DNA from: Spirochaetia bacterium
Lineage (GTDB): Bacteria > Spirochaetota > Spirochaetia > DSM-2461
DNA length: 64,000 bases
Reading direction: 5' to 3'
Assembly (NCBI GenBank): GCA_963666985.2
Contig: CAXXIA010000002.1
Location: 2,848,001 to 2,912,000, forward strand
Positions 18,744 through 27,659 of this stretch are shown here, one piece after another. The notes below the pieces were generated by a model. That model was not told the origin of the DNA. It searched no databases and saw nothing but the letters and a program-made list of their open reading frames with translations. The translations under genes were made by a program, and so were the position numbers. The first letter of the stretch is position 1; every line of letters starts with the position of its first letter.

Positions 18744-19492
18744 GCGAAACACACGGTACGGAGACTAAAGCGATTCTTCACGCCGAGGGATTAAGGAAGC
18801 AGTATCGGGCCAAGCTGGCCGTCGCCGATGTTTCTTTCAGCATGAAACAGGGACAGGTGGTGGGCCTTTTGGGGCCCAACGGCGCCGGGAAGACAACCTC
18901 ATTTTACATGATCGCGGGATTCATTAAGGTTACGTCGGGCAAAGTCTGGCTCGATGAATGCGATATTACGGGGGAGCCCATGTTCAGAAGGGCTCGGCTG
19001 GGGATTAATTATCTTCCGCAGGAGCCTTCGGTTTTCCGTAAGCTCACCGTTGCGCAGAACGTCCTGGCCGTCCTGGAAACGAGGTCCGATTTGGGGAAAG
19101 GCGAAAGACGGGATTTTCTGGATAAGCTTCTCGACGATTTGAAGATTACCGATTTGGCGGGACGGCGGGCCGATACGCTTTCCGGCGGCGAACGCAGACG
19201 GACGGAAGTGTGCCGGGCTTTGGCCACCAATCCCCGGTTTCTTCTTCTGGACGAACCTTTCAGCGGGATTGATCCCATCGCCGTCGGCGATCTTCGCGAT
19301 ATCATCAGCAGTCTGGCCGAACGGGGTATCGGAATTCTCCTTACCGATCATAACGTACGCGATACATTGGCCATAACGGAGCATGCCTACATCATCAATC
19401 ACGGGGAAATCCTTACGGGTGGAACCGCAAAGGAGCTGATGGAAGATGCGCGGGCGAGGGAGATCTATCTGGGGCGTGATTTTTCAATGTAG
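18740..19492 (+). CDS. lptB: LPS export ABC transporter ATP-binding protein LptB
   Basis: GPNGAGKTT, YLPQEPSVFRKL, LSGGERRR, DEPFSGIDP, TDHNVR. Confidence 0.95.
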   Translation: MSETHGTETKAILHAEGLRKQYRAKLAVADVSFSMKQGQVVGLLGPNGAGKTTSFYMIAGFIKVTSGKVWLDECDITGEPMFRRARLGINYLPQEPSVFRKLTVAQNVLAVLETRSDLGKGERRDFLDKLLDDLKITDLAGRRADTLSGGERRRTEVCRALATNPRFLLLDEPFSGIDPIAVGDLRDIISSLAERGIGILLTDHNVRDTLAITEHAYIINHGEILTGGTAKELMEDARAREIYLGRDFSM

Positions 19493-19598
19493 TTTGGGCG
19501 AAAAGCGCCGTAAGAAGACCGCCGTATAATGACGATTTCTTCTCCGCTTTCCTTGACGCACGCCGAGTATTGAGGGAGCATATCCGTGGAGGTGTATT

Positions 19599-20990
19599 TT
19601 GCCCTTGCAAGGTCAGCGGCTGACGACGACGCAGAGTCTCGCTCAGAAGCAGGTCATAACGCAGAAGCTCATTCAGTCCATCAAACTGATGGCTATGCCC
19701 CTGACGGAGCTCAGGGAGACCATCAGTCAGGAAGTGGAGAAGAATCCGGCGCTGGAGGTTGTTCGGGAAGCGGGAGAAGTGGATGCTCCCACCATTCCGG
19801 AAAGTTCGATTCGCGATGACCGCGTAACCGAATCCGATTTATTCGCCGACAGCTCGGATCCGGGATACCAGCCTGTTCCCAAAGGTGATGCCGACAGCAA
19901 ACAGCGCTTCCTTGAAGGCACGGTATCACGAGCGCCGTCTCTTCACGATCGGCTGATCGACCAGCTTCGATTTCTGGATTTGCCCGCTTCCGTCGCCGAT
20001 CTTGCGGAGAAAATCATCTGGAATCTCGATGAAGACGGATTTCATCGCGAGCCGCCGAATCTGCTCTCTTCCCGCATTCATCCGGAAGATTTGGAGGCCG
20101 CCCTCGCCGCGGTCCGTTCTCTTGATCCCATCGGATGCGGCTGCTCGGATTGGAAAGAGTCGCTGATTATTCAAGCCCGGGTACTCGGCGACGGACCGGA
20201 AGAGTTTGAAAAGTATGTTTCCGAAGCCCTTCCCATGCTTGAAAAAAAGCGCCACGAGGATGTCAGGACGGCATTGAAGTTTTCCAAGGAGGATTGGGAC
20301 GATTTCGAGGAGTACGTGAGGACTCTGAATCCTTTCCCGGGCCGTCTTTATTCCACGGAAACTCCGCAGTACATCATTCCGGATTTAATCGTCCGGAAAG
20401 AGAAGGGCGAGCATGTTCTCATCTTAAACGATGAGGTGCTTCCCGTGCTTCGGGTGGATCCCGAATTTGAACGGATAAAGGATGATGCCGACGGCAACCG
20501 TGAAGCAAAGAGATTTATTTCCGATCATTCCCGTGAAGCCCGATTCTTTATCAACAGTCTTGCCCAAAGAGACAATACGCTGCTGAAAACGGCGAAATGC
20601 ATTATCGAATTTCAGCGGGATTTCTTTTCCGGCGGTCCCAGGTTTTTAAAGCCGCTTACTTTGAAGGACGTGGCCGGTGAAATCGGTGTTCATGAAGCGA
20701 CGGTGTCACGGATTACGACGAATAAGTATATCCAGACCGATTGGGGGCTTTTTGAGCTGAAGTTTTTCTTTACCAATTCCATTTCCGGAGCGGGCTCGTC
20801 CGGTTCGCGTGTTTCCAAGGTGGCGGCCAAAGAAGTTATTAAGGAAATCCTTAATGAACTGGGACCTGACCAGCGCCTTTCCGATCAAAAGCTCAGTGAT
20901 CTTTTAGCGCGGCGCGGCATCAATCTTGCCCGGCGTACCGTGGCCAAATACAGGAAGGAGCTTGATTTGCCATCTTCCTACTATCGATAA
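19599..20990 (+). CDS. rpoN: RNA polymerase sigma-54 factor
   Basis: Q/L-rich region I, HEATVSR HTH, RpoN box ARRTVAKYR; TTG start with GGAGG RBS. Confidence 0.96.
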   Translation: MPLQGQRLTTTQSLAQKQVITQKLIQSIKLMAMPLTELRETISQEVEKNPALEVVREAGEVDAPTIPESSIRDDRVTESDLFADSSDPGYQPVPKGDADSKQRFLEGTVSRAPSLHDRLIDQLRFLDLPASVADLAEKIIWNLDEDGFHREPPNLLSSRIHPEDLEAALAAVRSLDPIGCGCSDWKESLIIQARVLGDGPEEFEKYVSEALPMLEKKRHEDVRTALKFSKEDWDDFEEYVRTLNPFPGRLYSTETPQYIIPDLIVRKEKGEHVLILNDEVLPVLRVDPEFERIKDDADGNREAKRFISDHSREARFFINSLAQRDNTLLKTAKCIIEFQRDFFSGGPRFLKPLTLKDVAGEIGVHEATVSRITTNKYIQTDWGLFELKFFFTNSISGAGSSGSRVSKVAAKEVIKEILNELGPDQRLSDQKLSDLLARRGINLARRTVAKYRKELDLPSSYYR

Positions 20991-21019
20991 TTATAATATC
21001 TACGTCATAGGAGAATGCG

Positions 21020-21319
21020 ATGACGATCGAAGTCAGAGGAACCCACGGTTACAATCCGGGCGACAGCACCAAAGAGTATGTTGAAAAGAAATTGAAGCGC
21101 CTGGACCACGTACAGGATTATGTGGCCAACCTGCATGTCACATTGGACAAGCAGACCAGCGGTGAATTCAAGGCGGAGTCCAACATCCATTTTCGGCGGG
21201 GAAGCATGGGACACATGGCCGTTACCGATCGGGATTTATTTAAGGCCATCGACCTTCTTTTCGATAAAATCGAGCAGAAGGTGAGAAGGGATAAAGATAA
21301 GCTGCAGCAGCATAATTAA
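21020..21319 (+). CDS. hpf: ribosome hibernation promoting factor (HPF/RaiA, short form)
   Basis: YVEKKLKRL, DLFKAIDLLFDKIEQKVRR; directly after rpoN. Confidence 0.9.
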   Translation: MTIEVRGTHGYNPGDSTKEYVEKKLKRLDHVQDYVANLHVTLDKQTSGEFKAESNIHFRRGSMGHMAVTDRDLFKAIDLLFDKIEQKVRRDKDKLQQHN

Positions 21320-21400
21320 AAGCGGTCCGTCGGCCGAATAGTTATAGTCTCTCAGGGAATTCATATCGGACAAGATATCCATACATGGTATATTGGGACT

Positions 21401-22396
21401 ATGAGCAAGTTCACAGTACTGGATTTGATCGATCTCGAGCCGGAACGTCCTAACGCCTTGGATCTGCGGTGTTACTGCGGCAGAAAAGGACTGTCCCGAG
21501 AGATTTTTTCGACGGAAATCAACAGGCCGAGTCTGGCTCTGGCCGGTTTCTTCGAGAAATTCGTCGGGGAACGGATTCAAATCATCGGACGCGGGGAGTT
21601 CGCCTACATAGAAGCGACACCGCGGGAAATCCTTTCACCCCAGCTGGATGAGCTTTTGCAGTACAACATCCCCTGTTTTATTTTTTGCTACGACCTTGAA
21701 CCGCCCGAATATTTCCGGGATGCCGCCGAAGCGGCCGGGATTCCGATTCTTCTTACCCCGCTGGACTCCTCGGCAACGACAATTCGCCTGCTTCGGGCGC
21801 TGGATGATGTTTTCGCACCGAAACAGACCGTTCACGGCGTGTTCGTGGAAGTCGAAGGAATGGGGGTGCTGATCCAGGGAGAAAGCGGTGTCGGGAAAAG
21901 CGAGACGGCTCTGGAACTTCTTGATCGCGGTCACCGTCTCATCGCCGACGATGTGGTTCTTATCAACTGCCTGAACGGCAATATTCTCTGGGGACGCGGC
22001 GCGAGCAAGGTTATGGGACACCATATGGAAATCCGAGGACTGGGGATTATCGATATAGCCCAAGTCTACGGAATGAATGCCGTCCGCGATACGAAGCAGA
22101 TTGAAATAGTTTTTCAGCTTGAAGAATGGGACAGCGGCAAAAATTATGATCGGCTGGGAACTTCCGAGGAGACGACGACGCTGTTAGGTGTTAACATACC
22201 TCTGATAACATTACCTGTGAAACCGGGGCGGAATATCCCCATCATCATCGAGGCGGCCGTATTGAACCAAAGATTGAAGTATCAAGGATTGCATGCGGCT
22301 AAGGAATTCAATAAGAATCTTATTCAGTGGATAGAAAGTGAGAACGCTCGAAATCTTTGGTTCGACAGGTTCTCGAACAGACGGGGTTTAACATGA
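21401..22396 (+). CDS. hprK: HPr(Ser) kinase/phosphorylase
   Basis: HGV, GESGVGKSE, HRLIADD, MEIRGLGI, PVKPGRN. Confidence 0.96.
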   Translation: MSKFTVLDLIDLEPERPNALDLRCYCGRKGLSREIFSTEINRPSLALAGFFEKFVGERIQIIGRGEFAYIEATPREILSPQLDELLQYNIPCFIFCYDLEPPEYFRDAAEAAGIPILLTPLDSSATTIRLLRALDDVFAPKQTVHGVFVEVEGMGVLIQGESGVGKSETALELLDRGHRLIADDVVLINCLNGNILWGRGASKVMGHHMEIRGLGIIDIAQVYGMNAVRDTKQIEIVFQLEEWDSGKNYDRLGTSEETTTLLGVNIPLITLPVKPGRNIPIIIEAAVLNQRLKYQGLHAAKEFNKNLIQWIESENARNLWFDRFSNRRGLT

Positions 22397-22659
22397 CCAC
22401 GCGCGACGTAATGATACTCAATAGGGCCGGGATTCACGCCAGGCCCGCATCTCTGATTGTTCAGACGGCTCAGAAATTTGAAAGTTCCATATGGATCGAA
22501 AAGGAAGATTTTAAAATCAACGCCAAATCGATCATGAACATCCTCACATTAGGGGCAACGTACAAGACAAAGCTCGTTGTTTCCGCGGAAGGACCGGATG
22601 AAGAGGAAGCTGTTGCCGAACTTGCGGCCCTCTTCGACAACAAATTTAAGGAAGACTGA
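22393..22659 (+). CDS. ptsH: phosphocarrier protein HPr
   Basis: GIHARPA (His15) and NAKSIM (Ser46); ATGA overlap with hprK. Confidence 0.94.
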   Translation: MTTRDVMILNRAGIHARPASLIVQTAQKFESSIWIEKEDFKINAKSIMNILTLGATYKTKLVVSAEGPDEEEAVAELAALFDNKFKED

Positions 22660-22810
22660 TGACTCCGGCGCCGCTTGTCGCCGAAATCCTTTCGACCTTT
22701 TCAGCGGTTTTCGCCGTTCCGTTCCTCATGGCCGGATTCGCTCATATGAATCCGACCGCTGCCGATGGAATCCCGCGGCCGTGTTTTAATTCTCTTGTGA
22801 GCGTTATAAA

Positions 22811-24550
22811 ATGAAGAAAACCGACAGAATTCTTATACCGCGTTCGGTCGGCCTTGTTTTCGGAATCTCCGCCGTTGTTATTCTTCTGCTTATCATTTGG
22901 GCCGCTCAGTTTCTGAACATCGTGACAAAGAGCAGTTTCGAAGAGATTCCGTTTCTGGTGATTCTCTCTTTTATTTTCCCCATCGCTTTTTTTGTTCCCG
23001 TCGCCGTAAGCCTCCTGCGGTTCTTGATACAGAGGAAAACCGGAGAACCGGGAAGCCGGCTTCGACTTCGTCTTATCGGATCATTCGGTTTGATTATTCT
23101 GGCGACTCTGCTGCCCGCGGGACTTTTTTCCGCTTTATTTTTTCGAACGGCGATTGATATCTGGCTGAATCCCGCCAACGGCCGTGCCCTGGAATCAGGA
23201 GAAGCCTTTGCCGCGAATCTTTATGAGGATTCGATCAAACGTCTTAGCGCCGTAGCCGAAAGCGATTTTCTTGCGGAACTTCTGGAAGAAGAAGAGAACA
23301 TCGGAGATATCTGGAAAGCCTTAAAAGATATTGCACCCTATCTTCACGCCGTGCAGATTATCGGCGGCGGAGAGGCTTGCTGCATGGGAACTCCGTCGTT
23401 GTTCTTTTCGCCGCGCGATATTTCCGGCGGACCGGATAACGGACTTCTTCCTCGGCGCATTACGGAAGAAGGGATGGCTCTTTCGTGGTGCCGAAATATC
23501 GGAAAGAGAACCGTAATACTCACAACACTGCTTCCCGAAAGTTTTCATGCCGATTGGGACCAAGTTACGGAGGCTTTGGAGCAATGGAATCGTTATAACG
23601 GTCATAAAGGGCGAATCGGCGGCACCTTAGCCTTCTTTTTTATATCCCTTATCGGTCCTCTCGCTTTGATCGCGCTGCTCATCGGCATGGCTCTGAGCGA
23701 ACGCATCATCAGCCCTTTGGTAACTCTCGGAGAGGCCACGGCGAAGATTACCGATGGAGATTTCAGTTTTCGTGTTCTGGCGCCCAAGAATGATGAGCTG
23801 ACTTTTTTAACCCAGTCGTTCAACCGCATGATTCGGGAATTGGAAGTCAGCCACGCGAAGATTGTCCAAACCGAAAAAATCGCGGCGTGGCAAATTATAG
23901 CTCAAAGGCTGGCTCATGAGCTTCGCAATCCGCTTACACCCATAAAGCTGACGGCGCAGAGAGTTCAGCGAAAAGCTCTTGAAGATCAATTGGATGCCGA
24001 TTCGCTCGTTAAGTCGATGGAACTTATTCTCCGGGAAGTGGACGGCCTGGATAAGCTCCTTCAGGATTTTCGGTCTTTCGCCGGCAGCGGACCTCCGCAA
24101 TTTGAAGCGGTTCCGCTTAAGCCTTTATTGGAAGAAATCCTGGAGCGGTTTCGTTCCGTAGCTCCCTCGGTTGAATGGGTTCTCGTACCCATGGAGAATG
24201 AACCTGTAATGCAGGCTGATGCCCTGCAGCTTCGGCAGGCGATCGTCAATCTGCTGAAAAATGCCATGGAAGCCGGAGCTGTCAAAGTTTCGGTGAGAGC
24301 GGATATGGTTCGGCGCGGCTCCACCGATTATGCAAGACTGCAGGTAAAAGACGATGGTGAAGGCATTGCTCCCGAGAGAATCTCTTCGGTTTTTCATCCG
24401 TACGATTCCACAAAAGACAGAGGAAGCGGTCTCGGATTGGCCGTCGTTCAGCGAATTATCTATGACCACCGGGGACGAATTTGGTTAGAATCCGAATTGG
24501 GAACGGGAACGGTGTTCTATATCGATTTGCCGGTTAAGGAGGATTCATGA
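22811..24550 (+). CDS. HAMP-domain sensor histidine kinase (NtrY-like)
   Basis: N-terminal TMs, HAMP, AAWQ.IAQRLAHELRNPLTPI H-box, N/G boxes. Confidence 0.92.
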   Translation: MKKTDRILIPRSVGLVFGISAVVILLLIIWAAQFLNIVTKSSFEEIPFLVILSFIFPIAFFVPVAVSLLRFLIQRKTGEPGSRLRLRLIGSFGLIILATLLPAGLFSALFFRTAIDIWLNPANGRALESGEAFAANLYEDSIKRLSAVAESDFLAELLEEEENIGDIWKALKDIAPYLHAVQIIGGGEACCMGTPSLFFSPRDISGGPDNGLLPRRITEEGMALSWCRNIGKRTVILTTLLPESFHADWDQVTEALEQWNRYNGHKGRIGGTLAFFFISLIGPLALIALLIGMALSERIISPLVTLGEATAKITDGDFSFRVLAPKNDELTFLTQSFNRMIRELEVSHAKIVQTEKIAAWQIIAQRLAHELRNPLTPIKLTAQRVQRKALEDQLDADSLVKSMELILREVDGLDKLLQDFRSFAGSGPPQFEAVPLKPLLEEILERFRSVAPSVEWVLVPMENEPVMQADALQLRQAIVNLLKNAMEAGAVKVSVRADMVRRGSTDYARLQVKDDGEGIAPERISSVFHPYDSTKDRGSGLGLAVVQRIIYDHRGRIWLESELGTGTVFYIDLPVKEDS

Positions 24551-25911
24551 GCCGAATACTGATTATCGATGACGAACCGGCGATTCAGGAGGTTCTTAAG
24601 GATATTCTTTCCGATGAGGGTTATGAAGTTTTAACCGCTCATGACGGAATAGAAGGACTTCGACTTTTAAAGACGGAACCCATAGATGTCGTTTTTCTCG
24701 ATGTTTGGATGCCCGGGAAGGGCGGAATCGAGGTTCTGGAGAATATTAAGACCTCATGGCCGGACGTTGAAGTGATTATCGTCTCAGGACATGCGACGGT
24801 GGAAACCGCCGTGAAAGCCATCAAATTGGGTGCCTACGATTATCTGGAGAAACCTCTGGATATCGGACGTGTTCTCACCATCACCCGAAATGCCGTTCGT
24901 ATGGAAGCTTTGCGCAGGGAGAATAAAGCACTGCGCCGCGGAAGGTTCATCGAAGGGGAGATGATCGGAGCCACCGAAGGCATGAAGCGTATCAGGGAAA
25001 TCGTGGAACAGAGTGCTCCCTCCGATTCCCGGGTAATGATTCTCGGTGAGAACGGAACGGGAAAAGAATTGGTTGCCAGGATGATTCACGCCAAGAGCTC
25101 CAGAGTGAATCATTCTTTCGTTGAGGTTAATTGCGCCGCCATTCCCGATAATTTGATTGAAAGTGAGCTTTTCGGTCATGAAAAAGGGGCTTTTACCGGA
25201 GCCGTGGCGAGGCGGCGGGGAAAATTTGAGGCGGCCGACGGCGGAACCCTCTTTATGGACGAAGTGGCCGATATGTCTCTTGAGGCCCAGGCAAAAGTTT
25301 TAAGGGCCATACAGGAGATGACTTTTGAGCGGGTCGGCGGCGAGGAGCCCATTCATGTGGACGTCCGCATTATTTCGGCGACGAATAAGGATATTCTTAA
25401 GGAAGTGAGGGAAGGCCGCTTCCGGGAAGATTTGTATTTTCGCCTGAATGTTATCCCCTTGTCCGTGCCGCCTCTTCGCGAGCGCCGTGAGGATCTTCCC
25501 GATTTGATTCATTACTTTCATCGGTCGCTCTCGAACGGGACTGCGAAGGCTCCGCTGCGTTTTACTTCGGAGGCTCTGCGCTATCTCGGTGAGTATCCCT
25601 GGCCGGGTAATATTCGGGAGTTGAAGAATTTTGTCGAGAGGGTTACCATTCTCGTGGATGAAGCCGAGATTACCGAGGAAACGGCCCGGTATTACCTCGA
25701 TGAAGTCGGAACAAAGCCGGTCGGTTCTTTGGATACGGCATACGAATCCATGAAACTTGGAGAGGCCAGGGATTCTTTTGAGAAGGATCTGATTGAACGG
25801 CGGCTGCAGGCGAATGGATACAACATCGCGAAAACCGCGCAGGCATTGGGTGTGTATCCCAGCAATCTGCACGGAAAGATAAAGAAGCACGGTATCGAGA
25901 TTAAGAAATGA
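24547..25911 (+). CDS. sigma54-dependent response regulator (NtrX/NtrC-like)
   Basis: REC (DD, LDVWMP), GENGTGKE, GAFTGA, FREDLYFRLNV, C-terminal HTH. Confidence 0.95.
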   Translation: MSRILIIDDEPAIQEVLKDILSDEGYEVLTAHDGIEGLRLLKTEPIDVVFLDVWMPGKGGIEVLENIKTSWPDVEVIIVSGHATVETAVKAIKLGAYDYLEKPLDIGRVLTITRNAVRMEALRRENKALRRGRFIEGEMIGATEGMKRIREIVEQSAPSDSRVMILGENGTGKELVARMIHAKSSRVNHSFVEVNCAAIPDNLIESELFGHEKGAFTGAVARRRGKFEAADGGTLFMDEVADMSLEAQAKVLRAIQEMTFERVGGEEPIHVDVRIISATNKDILKEVREGRFREDLYFRLNVIPLSVPPLRERREDLPDLIHYFHRSLSNGTAKAPLRFTSEALRYLGEYPWPGNIRELKNFVERVTILVDEAEITEETARYYLDEVGTKPVGSLDTAYESMKLGEARDSFEKDLIERRLQANGYNIAKTAQALGVYPSNLHGKIKKHGIEIKK

Positions 25912-26510
25912 AAGCTCCGACGAGACGACAGACCGAAGTTCTCGGATTCATTAAATCGTATATCGCCGGACACAAGTATCCGCCTACAATCAGGGAAATC
26001 GCTTCCCATTTCGGTATCTCGGTTAAAGGTGCCTACGATCACGTCAAAGCTCTTGAGAAGAAGGATCTGATCTCCTGCGACAACAACAGATCCAGGGCCA
26101 TAGAAATCATCGATCCTCCATCGGATGAGAAAGCCGGTCAGATTCAGGTTCCCTTAATCGGCCATGTCGCCGCGGGGCTTCCTCTCTTCGCCGAGGAAAA
26201 CTACGAGGGCTCTCTTTCACTCCCGATTTCCATGGTGGGGAAAGGACAAGTTTTCGCTTTGCGCGTCGAGGGCGACAGCATGATCGGCGCGGGGATTATG
26301 GACGGTGATATTGCCGTTTTTACACATCAGGCCACCGCGGAGAACGGTGAAATCGTCGTGGCGACGGTCGAAGAGGCCGTTACATTAAAGAGGTTTTACC
26401 GGGAAAAGAACCGAGTCCGCCTGCAGGCCGAAAATCCGGCCTATCCTCCCATTTATACGGTTGATGTCCGGGTGCTCGGGCGTCTGGCCGCCATTATCCG
26501 TTCCTACTAG
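25908..26510 (+). CDS. lexA: SOS repressor LexA
   Basis: YPPTIREI wHTH, RSRAIE, VAAG cleavage site, GDSM (Ser), TLKR (Lys). Confidence 0.96.
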   Translation: MKAPTRRQTEVLGFIKSYIAGHKYPPTIREIASHFGISVKGAYDHVKALEKKDLISCDNNRSRAIEIIDPPSDEKAGQIQVPLIGHVAAGLPLFAEENYEGSLSLPISMVGKGQVFALRVEGDSMIGAGIMDGDIAVFTHQATAENGEIVVATVEEAVTLKRFYREKNRVRLQAENPAYPPIYTVDVRVLGRLAAIIRSY

Positions 26511-26518
26511 GATTTCCC

Positions 26519-27511
26519 GTGCCGAAGATGCCTCCGTCGGTTTATTTTTTTCCGGGTCCCGAAGTGGGCAGGAAGCGCGAGCGGATTGAAGCCGTCGCGG
26601 AGGCCTTGGAACGCGCCGACGGCGAGGCACCGGAACGGCACCGCTTTTATCCTTACGATACGGAAGTTTCTCAAATTGTCTCGCTTCTTCGGAACGGTTC
26701 TCTTTTTTCTTCCCGCCGGCTGGTCGTCGTCGCAGACGCCCATGTTCTGAAAGCATCGGATATTAAAGTCTTCAAGGAATATATATCTTCCCCTTCTCCC
26801 GAAGCGGTCCTGATTTTCACCACCGATGAAGGACCGGGTTCGCGTAATTATCCCCGAGGATTGGCAGATGCTCTTCCTAAGGGTTCGGTTGAAGTTTTTT
26901 GGGAAATGTTCGAGCGGGACAAAAAGGGTTGGGTGATGAGGTTCTTCCGTGAGAAGGGCTTTCGTGCCGACCCCTCGGCCGTTGATTTGCTTCTGGATGT
27001 TACCGCGGGAACCACCGATGCTCTCCGGGAGGCCTGCGATCTGTTGGTTTTCTCCGCCTCGGAAACACGAAACATCACCGAAGAAGATGTGGATAAAATC
27101 CTGGAGCATGGGCGTGAGGAAACCGTCTACACTCTTTTTAATCGATTCTGCCGGAAAGATCTCGGCGGCGTTTTGGAAGCTTATCGGAAGATGCTTCACT
27201 CCGATCCGGGTTCCGTGGACCGCGTGCTTTCCCTTCTGGCCGATCCCCTGGTGCGTCTGAAAGATTTTACATCTCTTTTTCGCGGCGGCCTTCCTCCGGA
27301 GATTGCCGCCAAGGAGCTCGGCATTCGCGGAGGAAAAAGGGCCGTAACCGCCTATACCGACGGCGCCCGTCGATTTTCGGAAAAGGAACTCGATGGAGCG
27401 CTGAAGCGTCTTGTGGATTTGGAAGCCTGGCTTCGAACCGCTCCCCGGGAATTACGGGCTCCGAAAACCGAATTGTGGTTCTGCGGGATATTGGGGCAAA
27501 GCGTTTCGTAA
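26519..27511 (+). CDS. holA: DNA polymerase III delta subunit
   Basis: VYFFPGPE, SLFSSRRLVVV, FWEMFE, ITEEDV pattern; typical length. Confidence 0.85.
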   Translation: MPKMPPSVYFFPGPEVGRKRERIEAVAEALERADGEAPERHRFYPYDTEVSQIVSLLRNGSLFSSRRLVVVADAHVLKASDIKVFKEYISSPSPEAVLIFTTDEGPGSRNYPRGLADALPKGSVEVFWEMFERDKKGWVMRFFREKGFRADPSAVDLLLDVTAGTTDALREACDLLVFSASETRNITEEDVDKILEHGREETVYTLFNRFCRKDLGGVLEAYRKMLHSDPGSVDRVLSLLADPLVRLKDFTSLFRGGLPPEIAAKELGIRGGKRAVTAYTDGARRFSEKELDGALKRLVDLEAWLRTAPRELRAPKTELWFCGILGQSVS

Positions 27512-27659
27512 GAAGCGGCCGCGGAATACAAGCGGGAACCGTGAACGCCCGCCGCCGGCGGGCGGCGGCACGCAAGTTTTTTTGAATCACGGGAAGAAGT
27601 TGATCCGAGGCCGATGAGAAACGCAGATCCGGCGCATGAGGATCCGCTTGAAATCTCAA

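Noticed and set aside
22795..22810. TTGTGAGCGTTATAA resembles the E. coli lac operator
   Set aside because: Partial match only, with no cognate context; most likely coincidence
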